From the NCBI GenBank assembly GCA_038087875.1, contig CM075996.1, forward strand, positions 2,482,001 to 2,546,000: DNA of 64,000 bases, read 5' to 3'. The stretch is from Malacoraja senta. Lineage: Eukaryota. Positions within the stretch are counted from its first letter, which is position 1. Each line of letters begins with the position of its first letter. A model generated the notes under the pieces. That model searched no databases and was not told the DNA's origin. It saw only the letters and a program-made list of their open reading frames with translations. The position numbers were made by a program, and so were the translations under genes. Positions 53,073-64,000 of this stretch are shown in pieces.

Positions 53073-54289
53073 ATTGAAGGTGAATAGTTATTTCTATTGT
53101 CCATTGCTGAAGGTTAGCAATGCTACCACCTCTTGGAGAAGTTACTGAAACGGAAACCTTGCTATCACATTGTACTCCTAATAGACAATGTGACATGGTC
53201 TAAAATTTGTTTATAATTAAACATTGGGCATCTATGAGGCTGCAGGTGACAGAGAGTTTATGGGGAGACACACAAAGCTCAACCAATAAAACTCATCCAA
53301 AAATTGATTTAGGGCATTGGTTCTTAACCTGGGGGTCGTTTGGGGCTTTGCCAGGGGGCATGAAGAGGACACAAATAGCATATTAATTTGTTGAGGCCAT
53401 GTTTAGGAACCTAACAAAGGTACATACCACATACAGTATTTTGTTCGAGTACTGTTATCAAAAAGTTTAAGAATCACTGATTTAGGGGAAATGGTTATAT
53501 CTAACAAAATGCCTAAAGTAGCTGAAAAAGCCTGAGGATGGGGTATTTTAGAGTTTGGCCAAGGATGATCAAGAAATGAAATTCTATACACTCTCGAACC
53601 GTTCTTGAAGATTGGAGTGTAGCAAATGTGACGTTAATTCAGAAAGAGAAAGCCAACTGCTAGCACAATAGCAGTTTAAAAGAAAGATAGGCATAAAGTG
53701 CTGGAGGAACTCAGCGGGTCAAGCAGCATCTCTGGAGAAAAAGGACAGGTGATGTTTCTGGTCGGAACCCTTTGTCAGACTGAAGAAAGGTCCGATCTGA
53801 AACGTCACCCGTCCTTTTTCTCCAGAGATGCTGCCTGATCCTATTGTCTATTGTCTATTTAGGGCTCTTAAAAATAGCGGAGTCAGGGGATATGGGGAGA
53901 AGGTAGGAATGGGGTACTGATTGGGGATGATCAGCCATGATCACATTGAATGGCGGTGCTGGCTCGAGGGGCCGAATGGCCTACTCCTGCACCTATTGTC
54001 TATTGTCTATTGACCCGCTGAGTTACTCCAGCACTTTATGTCTATCTTTGGTATAAACCAGCATCTGCAGTTCTTTGTTTGCACAGCAGTTTAAAAAAAA
54101 ATGCTGGAAGCAGCAAAATAAAATTGTTATCGTTGTTTTCTTAAGTGGCTAAATTTCTCAGTATTGTTGCAAACAGTCAGCGGTGACAATATCCATGATA
54201 GAGGCTGGAAATAAGAACGGGCAGATTTCCTTGAAAGTGCAACTAACTGATAGACTTAATTTGTGAAGCAAGCTATGGATAGGATGTTA

Positions 54290-54820
54290 CAGAGGTTCAC
54301 CTGCATCTCCTCCAACCTCATCTATTGCATTCGCTGCTCTAGATGCCAGCTGATCTACATCGGTGAGACCAAGCGGAGGCTTGGCGATCGTTTCGCCGAA
54401 CACCTCCGGTCGGTCCGCAATAACCAACCTGACCTCCCGGTGGCTCAGCACTTCAACTCCCCCTCCCATTCCGTATCTGACCTCTCTGTCCTGGGTCTCC
54501 TCCATGGCCACAGCGAGCAACACCGTAAATTGGAGGAAATGCACCTCATATTCCGCTTGGGCAGTCTACATCCTGGGGGCTTGAACATTGAATTCTCCCA
54601 ACTCTGCTAGCCCTTGCTGTCCCCTCCCCTTCATCAGCCCTCTGGTTGTCTCCTCCCCTCCCCCAGCCCTCGGGCTCCTCCTCCGCCTTTTTCCTTTTTT
54701 CCTTTCTTCTCCCCACCCCCTATCAGTCTGAAGAAGGGTTTCGGCCCGAAACGTTGCCTATTTCCTTCGCTCCATAGATGCTGCTGCACCCGCTGAGTTT
54801 CTCCAGCATTTTTGTGTACC
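54290..54820 (+). mobile_element. Penelope-like element 3' fragment (GIY-YIG plus terminal repeat)
   Basis: Near-identical to the 3' part of the 2064-3578 copy. Perfect TSD ATGGATAGGATGTTA at 54275-54289 and 54821-54835. Confidence 0.93.
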
Positions 54821-55697
54821 ATGGATAGGATGTTAATTGATTAAGATGGTACAGCTAACCCTCCTTATAACAGTTTAAAAGAAAGATAGGCATAAAGTGC
54901 TGGAGTAACTCAGCCGGTCAATCGGTGTGGGGAGAGTGGTGTCCATTATTTCCAATTGTCCACTATAACCGAGTAAGGGATTTGCGCCAACTCCCTACCT
55001 GGTAAAGCCACAAGTTGCTTTCAAATGCAAAGTTCCTTTTCACAGCTAAAAATTTATTTTTGTTACTGCAAGCTCAAAATACTAAAGGCCGTTTGTTACA
55101 TTATTCAATAGCGTATCTTTGCACAAGTGCCGATCGAAGCAATCGCTTGCCAATTTCATTGACCTCCCAGTGTAACTAGCAGCCTGTGTTCTTAAAGAGG
55201 CAGTGGTGTCTGATTACTGCAGGGATGTTCCGTCAACTATAACTGACATCCGTTATATCCGATCTGAAGAAGGGTCTCAACCTGAACTGATTCCTTTTTC
55301 TCCAGAGATGATGCCTAACCCATTGAATTACTCCAACATTTTGTGTCCATATCTGTTATTTCCAGTTTGAACTTTTTTTCGCCTTCCATCACAGTGAGGA
55401 ATGTGGAGGAGTCACTGTGGTGGATGTTTGTGTGTTTTTATTTATATGACTGACTTGGCAAATGAAATTCCTCGTATGTTACAAAACATACTTGGCTAAT
55501 AAAGTATTATTGTGATTGATTATATCCAGTCTGAAGAAGTCCAGCATTTTGTGTCCATATCTGTTACATCCAGTCTGAAGAAGGGTCTCGACCTGAAATG
55601 TTACCGATTCCTCATCTCCAGAGATGCTGCCTGACCCACTGAGTTGGTCCAGCATTTGGTGTCCATATCGTTATTAAGAGGGCCGCAGTAACGAGGG

Positions 55698-55983
55698 TAG
55701 ACAATAGACAATAGATGCAGGAGTAGGCCATTCGGCCCTTCGAGCCAGCACCACCATTCAATGTGATCATGGCTGATCATCCCCAATCAGTACCCCGTTC
55801 CTGCCTTCTCCCCATATCCCCTGACTCCGCTATCTTTAACACCCCTATCAAGCTCTCTCTTGAAAGCATCCAGAGAACCGGCCTCCACGCCCTCTGAGGC
55901 AGAGAATTCCACAGACTCACCACTCTCTGTGAGAAAAAGTGTTTCCTCGTCTGCGTTGTAAATGGCTTACCCCTTATTCTTAA
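55698..55983 (-). mobile_element. CR1 LINE 3' fragment
   Basis: KHFFSQRVVSLWNSLPQ plus tail. Confidence 0.88.
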
Positions 55984-56118
55984 AAGGTAGACTGATATTA
56001 ATGAGTGTTTGCAGGAAGAAGAGTTTATGGACAATAGGATGACATTGCTGTCACAATATATGGATGTACACTATACGCCACTTTCATGGTTCACATCACT
56101 GATGCTTATCATTTTCAG

Positions 56119-56204
56119 AGCTGCCAGATGAAGATCGGGAGCGGTGGGATAAGTTTGTGCTGGGGTCACTGACTGACATGAACAAGAAGAACACTGTTGA
56201 TTTG
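56119..56204 (+). CDS. PPP6R1: PPP6R1 coding exon 12
   Basis: ttcag|AG CTG...TTG|gtgagt, 86 nt. ELPDEDRERWDKFVLGSLTDMNKKNTVDL. Confidence 0.95.
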
Positions 56205-56389
56205 GTGAGTTTGACTGGGTGACTGGGAGGTGCTGCTGCCTGGACAGTCAGTGCCACCTCTTGTGGCTGATCATCATTGTCCATTTAACTTCGCTGAAGA
56301 TTCTGTGTGACACAAGATGAATTTGTTTTGACCAATTGCTCCACAAAGTGCTAACTCGACAGTGTACAGTTCACCACCTCGCCAAACGT

Positions 56390-56870
56390 CATAGAACATA
56401 GTACATGTACAGACACAGGATACAGGGAATGTGGTTTAGTGCGCGATAAACTCCAGTCCAGTCCAATTAAAGATAGCCCGAGGGTTTCCATTGAGGTAGA
56501 TCAGGATCGCACTCTCGTTGGTGATAGGACGGTTCAGTTGCCTGATCGCAGCTGGGAGGAAACTGTCCCTGAATCTGGATGTGTGTGTGTTTTCACACTT
56601 CTGTGCCTCTTGCCTGATCGGAGTGGGAAGAAGAGGAAGTAACCAGGGTCCTTGATTGTGCTGCTGGCCTAGCCGAGGCAGCGTGAAGTGTAGATGGATG
56701 CCAATGGGAGGGAGGTTGGGTTGGGCGATGGTCTGGGCTGCATCCATAATTCTCTGCAATTTCTTGCGGGTCTTGGATGAAGCTGTTCCCAAACCGTGTT
56801 CTGATGCATCCCGATAAAATACTTTCCATGGCGCATCTGTAGAAGTTGGTGAGAGTTATTGGGGACATGC
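56390..56870 (-). mobile_element. Rex/Babar-type LINE 3' fragment
   Basis: LTNFYRCAMESILSGCI...RKKLQRIMDAAQTI...TSRFRDSFLPAAIRQLN. Confidence 0.8.
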
Positions 56871-57036
56871 TATGCAGATGGAACCTTGTGCACCTGGAGT
56901 CACACAGCGTGGAAACAGACCCTTCGGCCCCACTTGCCCACATCTGCCAACATGTCCCAGCTACATTATTCCCACCTGCCCACGTTTGTCCCATGTCCCT
57001 CCAAACCTGCCCTATCCTGTCTAACTGTTTCTTAAA

Positions 57037-57470
57037 TTCAGATTCAGATTCAGATTCAGATTCAACTTTATTGTCATTGTGCAGTGTACAGTACAGAGAC
57101 AACGAAATGCAGTTAGCATCTCCCTAGAAGAGCGACATAAATATGAGCAGTAAATAAATAAATCTAATAAATCCTGGTGGGAGGAGTGTCCGGGGGGGGG
57201 GGGGGGGTGTGATTGGCAGTCACCGAGGTACAGTGTTGAGTAGTGTAACCGCCGCAGGGAAGAAGCTGTTCCTGGACCTGCTGGTCCGGCAACGGAGAGA
57301 CCTGTAGCGCCTCCCGGATGGTAGGAGGGTAAACAGTCTGTGGTTGGGGTGAGAGCAGTCCTTGGCGATGCTGAGCGCCCTTCGCAGACAACGCTTGCTT
57401 TGGACAGACTCAATGGTGGGGAGTGAGGAACCGGTGATGCGTTGGGCAATTTTCACCACCCTCTGCAGTG
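57037..57470 (-). mobile_element. Rex/Babar-type LINE 3' end nested in a CR1 fragment (~56897-57782)
   Basis: ALQRVVKIAQRITG...HPNHRLFTLLPSGRRYRSLRCRTSRSRNSFFPAAVTLLN with a (TGAATC)n tail. Confidence 0.88.
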
Positions 57471-58112
57471 CTAAATGTTGGGATAGTCCCAGCCTCAACT
57501 ACCTCCTCTGGCAGCTCGTTCCATACACCCACTGTCCTTTGTGTGAAAAAGTTACCCCTCAGCTTCCTATTAAATCTTTTCCCCTTCACCTTAAACCTAT
57601 GTCCTCTGGTCCTCAATTCCCCTACTCTGGGCAATAGACTCTGCCCGATCTATTCCTCTCATGATTTTATACACCTCTATAAGACCACCCCTCATCCTCC
57701 TGCGCTCTGAGGAATAGAGTCCCAGTCTACTCAACCTCTCCCTGTAGCTCACACACTCTAGTCCTGGCAACATCCTCGTAAACCTTGTCCATGTACTTCT
57801 GCGTGGACCTGTTTGAAGCTGGTCCTTACTTCCGATTACACAATTAGGAGGCGTTACTCCCCCTCCAATGTTGTCAGCAACGTTTCCTTCTATTTTCAGC
57901 TTTGCCAGGATAAACTGTCCTCTCTGACATTGAGAGTAGCTTCAGCCATTCGGAGCTCAGTTGCTGTGAGTCATTGTCATTGACAGCCTTGTGATTCTAG
58001 AACAAACACAAATATTTAGTGCCCTAATATTTCTGGAATATATTTTTTGGTTTACTGAAAGGGTTTGGCTCGTTAGTTTCACTGCGAATAGCGTCTGGTG
58101 TTTATTACTCAG

Positions 58113-58202
58113 GTGAATATGCGGAACCTACACTCCTCGAGCGATGACGATGAGAATGATCTGAAAGAATTCAGCTTCCCTCAGGAGGCTGTCCTGCAGC
58201 AG
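58113..58202 (+). CDS. PPP6R1: PPP6R1 coding exon 13
   Basis: ctcag|GTG...CAG|gtaaga, 90 nt. VNMRNLHSSSDDDENDLKEFSFPQEAVLQQ. Confidence 0.95.
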
Positions 58203-58476
58203 GTAAGAACCAGGAGCGAAATGGGCTGCATCTCATCATATTAACACATGAAGTCTGTAGGTTCGAGAGCATCTTTGGAGAGAGAAATATTATGTCCTTT
58301 TATCAGTTCATATCTTTTCCGATTCCCTTACCAATTCTCTTTTCTTTGCTCTGTCTTTTCTTTATTTCTTGCCCTCAATTTCTTGCTCTACTCAATAACC
58401 AAAAATCTGTAGCCTCCGTTTGCTCTGGTATTTTATTTAATTCACATGTTTAATCAATAATGTTTTATTATTAATG

Positions 58477-59516
58477 TAGGTATGTTACAAAACTTACCTT
58501 CAGTCGCGCTGTAATTCTGCCACTGGCCGTGTGCGCGATTTTGGCGCCTTTAAGGGGGGGGCGGGGTTAAAACGCGGTTTCTCCTTCCTTGTCCTGGAAA
58601 TATTTTGTTGGAGTACAAAACTTCGCTGACAAAATCGTTCCTACCAGCGATTTGTGAATTTTTTTTTTAAATTAAATCGTCAATGTCAGCGCTACAGTAG
58701 TTTTAAAAGCAGCTCCTGAAGCGTCAACGCCAATAACGGGGACGGATTTCACACAATGGATAGGTAAACAAAAGTGCTTTCTTTAAATGTATAAAAGTGC
58801 TTCTTAAGAAGCCTTTAATTCACATTTTGTCATGCGACACGGTGATTTTATTCCCCGAATTAACGGCAGTATTTTTCATGCCAATACGGGGTTAAATTCA
58901 CCGCAAATTAACGTTCCAAATGATCGCGTTCCAGAAATTCTCACTCGCAAAATGAATTAAATCCCCATTAATTTACAGGTATTAAACATTCAATTCCTTC
59001 CATTTGGCCTGTAAATTCATGAAAATTAGATTTAAAAATTATGTTATATTGTGAATTATTGTGTGAATGTTATTTGGACACTTAGGCTATTTAAAAATGT
59101 TAATCTATTCTTAAGAAAATGATAGATGTTTAGATCTAGTAATTGAATTTTGTAATTAGCTACAATTAGGTAACTAACTAATTATATGCTTTACTTTCAT
59201 GTCTTCGAAGTAAGATTGTTTCATATTTGTTTCAGAATGCTTCAATCTATAATACCTGAAAATTTCTTTCAGTTACCATAATTTTTAAGAAAGTTATGGG
59301 CTTTTAACTGTCCTCGATCACAGCTTTTGTGTTAAGTCAATGGAAAAGCAATAGGGAACAAGGTGCTAATTTCTGAGTATGATAATGGCCATAACTTTTT
59401 AATACTGAAGATATGAAAGTGAATTAAGTGTCAAATTAAACTTCTTTTTATGCTTTATCTGATGGGATAAATTGCAGACTTTATTTTTTAAATCTAAAAA
59501 TTTTGTAACATTGCTA
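58477..59516. mobile_element. 1.04-kb non-autonomous TIR element (hAT-like) nested in a Rex/Babar 3' UTR
   Basis: Left TIR TAGGTATGTTACAAAA; right TIR (reverse complement) TAGCAATGTTACAAAA. ATTAATG is duplicated at 58470-58476 and 59517-59523. Confidence 0.8.
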
Positions 59517-60060
59517 ATTAATGTTTAATGTTTTATGTGTCATTCCTAACTGTCACTGTATATCACGTTGTCACTTGCGGGTGGAGCACCAAGGCAAATT
59601 CCTTGTATGTGAATACTTGGCCAATAAACTTATTCATTCATTCTAGTTATGCCGAGAATTGGACATGTTAGCTCAGTCCCAACTGGAGTGGTGGGTTTTT
59701 TTGGTGTCATTTTTAAATACATTTTGTGGCTCTTTTTTTAAACTTTGTCCCTCTGTTTACTCAGCCTGTGATCTCTTGTGCTTTGTGCAGCTTCATTACC
59801 CTATCACAGATTTGCCACCTTCAGAGATTTGCCTCCCTAAGTTTTGCATCCTTTTTACGAAGTTTGTATTGCGTCTCTTCATTCATCCTAGTAAAATGAA
59901 GAAAGTTTCCCCCTCATGAAACTTCATCTCCGAAGGGTCTCCATTCCACCAGCCTCTTGAGGCCAATTATACAAAAAGTAGGCTTTCTCGTGCTACCTCA
60001 GTGCTGTCATAATCGTTGTGTGATATCTGTTCTGGTGCTTTGGCGATCATTTGTGTAATG

Positions 60061-60247
60061 GGAGGTAGACAAAAATGCTGGAGAAACTCAGTGGGTGAGG
60101 CAGCATCTATGGAGCGAAGGAATAGGTGACGTCTCGACCCGAAACGTCACCTATTCCTTCGCTCCATAGATGCTGCCTCACCCGCCGAGTTTCTCCAGCA
60201 TTTTTGTCTACCTTCGATTTTTCCAGCATCTGCAGTTCTTTCTTAAA
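60061..60247. mobile_element. Fold-back short Penelope-derived element
   Basis: Inverted arms. TSD CATTTGTGT(A/G)ATG at 60048-60060 and 60248-60260. Confidence 0.86.
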
Positions 60248-60421
60248 CATTTGTGTGATGTGTGTCGGGGGTTATGGGGAGAAGGCAGGAAAATGGGGTT
60301 TGGAGGAAGAGATAGGTCAGCCATGATTGAATGGCGGAGTAGACTTGATGGGCCGAATGGCCTATTTCTGCTGCTAACACTCATGACCTTATGACCTCAT
60401 CTCCCTACTCTGACCTTTCAG

Positions 60422-60519
60422 GCGTTCTCCGACTACCAGATTCAACAGATGACCTCAAACTTCATCGACCAGTTTGGCTTCAATGATGAGGAATTTGCCG
60501 AGCAGGAAGAAAGTGTCAA
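60422..60519 (+). CDS. PPP6R1: PPP6R1 coding exon 14
   Basis: ttcag|GCG...AA|gtgagt, 98 nt. [33 protein letters not shown]. Confidence 0.96.
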
Positions 60520-60743
60520 GTGAGTTTTACTCTTTGCTGTGACTACCTTCACAGAAGAATAACCCGGGCAGACGCCGGCCGGAAATTATTAGAAGAAACG
60601 CACATGATATCCAGCACTTTAGAAATGAGGCGCGGAAACAGACCCTACGGCCCCACCGAGTCCGCGCCGACCAGTGATCACCCCTTACACTGGCGCTATC
60701 CTACACACTAGGGATCATTTACAATTTTACTGAAGTTAATTAA

Positions 60744-60981
60744 AGGGCCTGTCCCACTTGGCGATTTTTTTCGGCGGCTGCCGGCATCATTGACTGACGT
60801 ATCAGGTCACCAAAAAAGTCGCGGCGCGACGACGAATCGACGTGCTGCGTTTCCTCAAGTATCGCAACATTTTTTTAGTCGCCGCTGGATTTTGAATTAT
60901 TCAAAATCTTTCGGCGACCCTGATATGTCAGTCACTGATGCCGGCAGTCGCCGAAAAAAATCGCCAAGTGGGACAGGCCCT
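60744..60981. mobile_element. PIF/Harbinger-like MITE nested in a minus-strand SINE (~60617-61130)
   Basis: TIR AGGGCCTGTCCCACTTGGCGATTTTTTTCGGCG; perfect TAA TSD. Confidence 0.88.
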
Positions 60982-61353
60982 TAACCGACTATTCTGTACG
61001 TCTTTGGCGTGTGTGGAGGAAATGCACGCGGTGACAGGGAGAACATACCAACTCCGTACAGACAGAACCCGTAGTCAGGATCAAACTCTGATCTCTGGCG
61101 CTGTAAGGCAACAACTCTACCGCCGTGCCACCCCAAATGGACAGGTCGAGATCAAATCCTGGCATTTACCGGTGGGGCAATTGCAGGTGATTATGAGGTG
61201 TTGATTGTTGGAGGTTGGTTGGAACGTAGAAGCAGATGTTAAATAGTACGTCTATATCTATGACATTATGCAAGTAGCCAGTTGGAATCTTATGGAAAGC
61301 AGAAGGTGGTAAACGGTGTTTAATTGATGATTTGTTTTCTATTTGATCAACAG

Positions 61354-61411
61354 CTCCCCATTTGAGAGAGCAGCTAATATCAGCTTTGTGTTCGACGCCA
61401 ACAGTGACAGT
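61354..61411 (+). CDS. PPP6R1: PPP6R1 coding exon 15 (gene continues beyond the window)
   Basis: aacag|C TCC...AGT|gtgagt, 58 nt. SPFERAANISFVFDANSDS; phase matches exon 14. Confidence 0.9.
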
Positions 61412-61528
61412 GTGAGTATCGCCTGTTAATGCTGTCGATAATGCCCTTATATAATGTACACTTACTTACATCTGCAGTGGATAATATGACGACTAATATA
61501 TATGACGACACATCTTAATATCTTTTAG

Positions 61529-62108
61529 GTAGACAATAGGTGCAGGAGTAGGCCATTCGGCCCTTCGAGCCAGCACCGCCATTCACTGTGATCATGGCTG
61601 ATCATCCACAATCAGTACCCCATTCCTGCCTTCTCCCCATATCCCCTGACTCCGCTACCTTTAAGAGCTCTATCTAACTCTCTCTTGAAAACATCCAGAG
61701 AATTGGCCTTCACTGGAATTTAGAAGGATGAGAAGGAATTTAAAAGAATTTAGAGGGGATCTTATTGAAACATATAAGGTTATTAAGGGTTTGGACACGC
61801 TAGAGGCAGGAAACATGTCCCCGATGTTGGGGGAGTCCAGAACCAGGGGCCACAGTTTAAGAATAAGGGTACGGCCATTTAGAACGGAGATGAGGAAAAA
61901 CGTTTTCACCCAGAGAGTTGTGACTGTGGAATTCTCTGGATGATTTCAAGAGAGAGTCAGACAGAGCTCTTAAAGATAGCGGAGTCAGGGGATATGGGGA
62001 GATGGCAGGAACGGGGTACTAATTGTGGATGATCAGCCATTTTCACATTGAATGGCGTTGCTGGCTCGAAGGGCCGAATGGCCTACTCCTGCACCTATTG
62101 TCTATTGA
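61529..62108. mobile_element. Back-to-back pair of CR1 3' ends (minus then plus)
   Basis: Both tails point outward; junction at ~61712. Confidence 0.85.
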
Positions 62109-63499
62109 TGTGCCAAATAGCCTAATTCTGCTCCTAGAAGTTATGAACATGTCTACAGTTTAATTCATTGTCACGTGTACCGAGGTACAGTGAAAAGCTC
62201 TTGTTGCGTGCTATCCAGTCAGCGGAGAGCCAATGCATGATTACAATCGAGCCATTTACGGTGTACAGATACATGTTAAGGGAATAACGTTTAGTGCAAG
62301 GTAAAGCCAGTAAAGTCTGATCAAGGATAGTCTGAGGGTCACCAGTGAGGTAGATAGTAGTTCAGCACTGCTCTCTGGTTGTGGTAGAATGGTTCAGCTG
62401 CTTGATAACATGATAGAAGGAATAACGTTGGGTGCAAGGTAACGTCCACACTGATCAATGCAAGGGTATATTTCCTCAGCTGCATCGTAGGCCCTCCCCC
62501 TCCCCCTAACCCTCCCCTTGGTCATGACTGACCATGGGTGATGCATCCTAGTTGTTGGCTGCTTGCTCCAAACCTCGGCTGGAGCAGCCTCGCTTGTGGC
62601 TGAAGAGACCAATGCAGTTGCTTGTGGCAGAAGAGACTCAGCTGCAAGTGCTTTGTAAATGATCACTGCATGACTGCAAGCCCTGGATGATGAAAGGCTT
62701 CAGGTCGTTCAACCACAGAGGCTTTCGTTAAGCTTTGATGATGTCTCCATAGCAATCAAGAGGATCAAAGTCATTTGTCTCCTATCCTCATTAACCAAGA
62801 AGTAGTTTTCAATTTAGTTCCAGCATCTACATTGAAACTGCAGCAGAAGCTTAATTAGTTACTGGGGGCAGGTTGGTGCGTTGATTCATCAGCGAGGGTG
62901 ATGTGGTCTGAAATCAATTAGCAAGTGTTAGCGTTTATCCAAGTAATAAACAGCAGCCTCACTGCTTCATTAAAAGACTTTTGCAAAGTAATACTGGAGT
63001 GCAGGAACGATCTGCTTTACAACAGAGCACAAAGTGCTGGAGTAACTAAACGGGCCAGGCAGCATCTCTGGCCAATCTGAAACATCACCTATCCATGTTC
63101 TCCAGAGATGCTGCCTGACCCGCTGAGTTTACAGAGTTTCGTTGAGAGACACAGTGTGGAAACAGGCCCTTCGGCCCACCGAGTCCACGCCTAACATCGT
63201 TCACCCATACACAAGTTGTTTGTTACCCCATCCTACCCGCTAGGGCCAATTAACCTACTCTGAGTTACTCCAGCACTTTGTGTCTCAACTAATTAAGATA
63301 ATCCATTCACTCAATATTACCTTTATTTTGCATATTATAACTGGAATTTGCCAGCCAATGCGACAAGTTCCGAATCCCTCCCCCACTTTTTTCCTCTTGC
63401 TGTCGCTGAAAACCTATTCCCAACAGTCGCCCATCCACGTTCTCCAGAGATGCTGCCTGACCCGCTGATTTACTCTGAGACCCTCTTGATGTCAGGGAT

Positions 63500-63940
63500 T
63501 GATGGGTGTCAGGGGTTACGGGGAGAAGGCAGGAGAATGGGGTTTGGGAGGGAGAGATAGATCAGATCATGATTGAATGGCGGAGTAGACTTGATGGGCC
63601 GAGTGGCCCAATTCTACTCCTATTCCTTATGACAATAGACAATAGGTGCAGGAGTAGGCCATTTGGCCCTTCGAGCCAGCACCGCCATTCAATGTGATCA
63701 TGGCTGATCATCCCCAATCAGTACCCCGTTCCTGCCTTCTCCCCATATCCCCTGACTCCGCTATCTTTAAGAGCCCTATCTAGCTCTCTCTTGAAAGTAT
63801 CCAGAGAACCGGCCTCCACCGCCCTCTGAGGCAGAGAATTCCACAGACTCACCACTCTCTGTGAGAAAAAGTGTTTCCTCGTCTCCATTCTAAATGGCTT
63901 ACTCCTTATTCTTAAACTGTGGCCCCTGTGCTCCTATGAA
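63500..63940. mobile_element. Plus-strand CR1 tail joined to a minus-strand CR1 (63633-63927)
   Basis: Same junction sequence as at ~42750. Confidence 0.8.
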
Positions 63941-64000
63941 CTCTTTTGTGTCCTTCCGTGTGTTAACTAGCATCTGCAGTTGCTTTTTTTTCAACGGTTT

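Noticed and set aside
21114..61411. Calling the gene PPP6R3/PPP6R2 or an old pseudogene
   Set aside because: Recalled diagnostic residues ([32 protein letters not shown]) fit PPP6R1. All 30 splice sites are intact and there are no nonsense substitutions, so old pseudogenisation is unlikely.

Overview
Vertebrate genomic DNA, most likely from a skate or other cartilaginous fish (inferred from HE1-type V-SINEs, CR1 LINEs and Penelope repeats). It is not prokaryotic. The window holds the first 15 coding exons of PPP6R1 (SAPS-domain PP6 regulatory subunit 1) on the + strand (ATG at 21114; last visible exon 61354-61411). The gene runs off the right edge and no promoter is seen. All 15 exons have GT-AG splice sites. 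Three exons carry single-base indels (+1 at ~21240, -1 at ~47531, +1 at ~49352). The last two compensate each other through a stop-free 51-codon alternative frame. Homopolymer assembly error is the leading explanation. The introns are dense with repeats: Penelope-like elements (PLEs) and many short, TSD-flanked and often fold-back derivatives carrying a hammerhead-ribozyme-like core; a tiny (GAA)-tailed element with a remnant HDV-like ribozyme shape and a probable partner LINE; CR1, Rex/Babar and L1 fragments; tRNA-derived SINEs; a truncated Tc1; four Harbinger-type MITEs; and a 1-kb TIR element with a 7-bp TSD. Repeat family names come from motif recognition, not database searches, and repeat boundaries are approximate unless a TSD is given.
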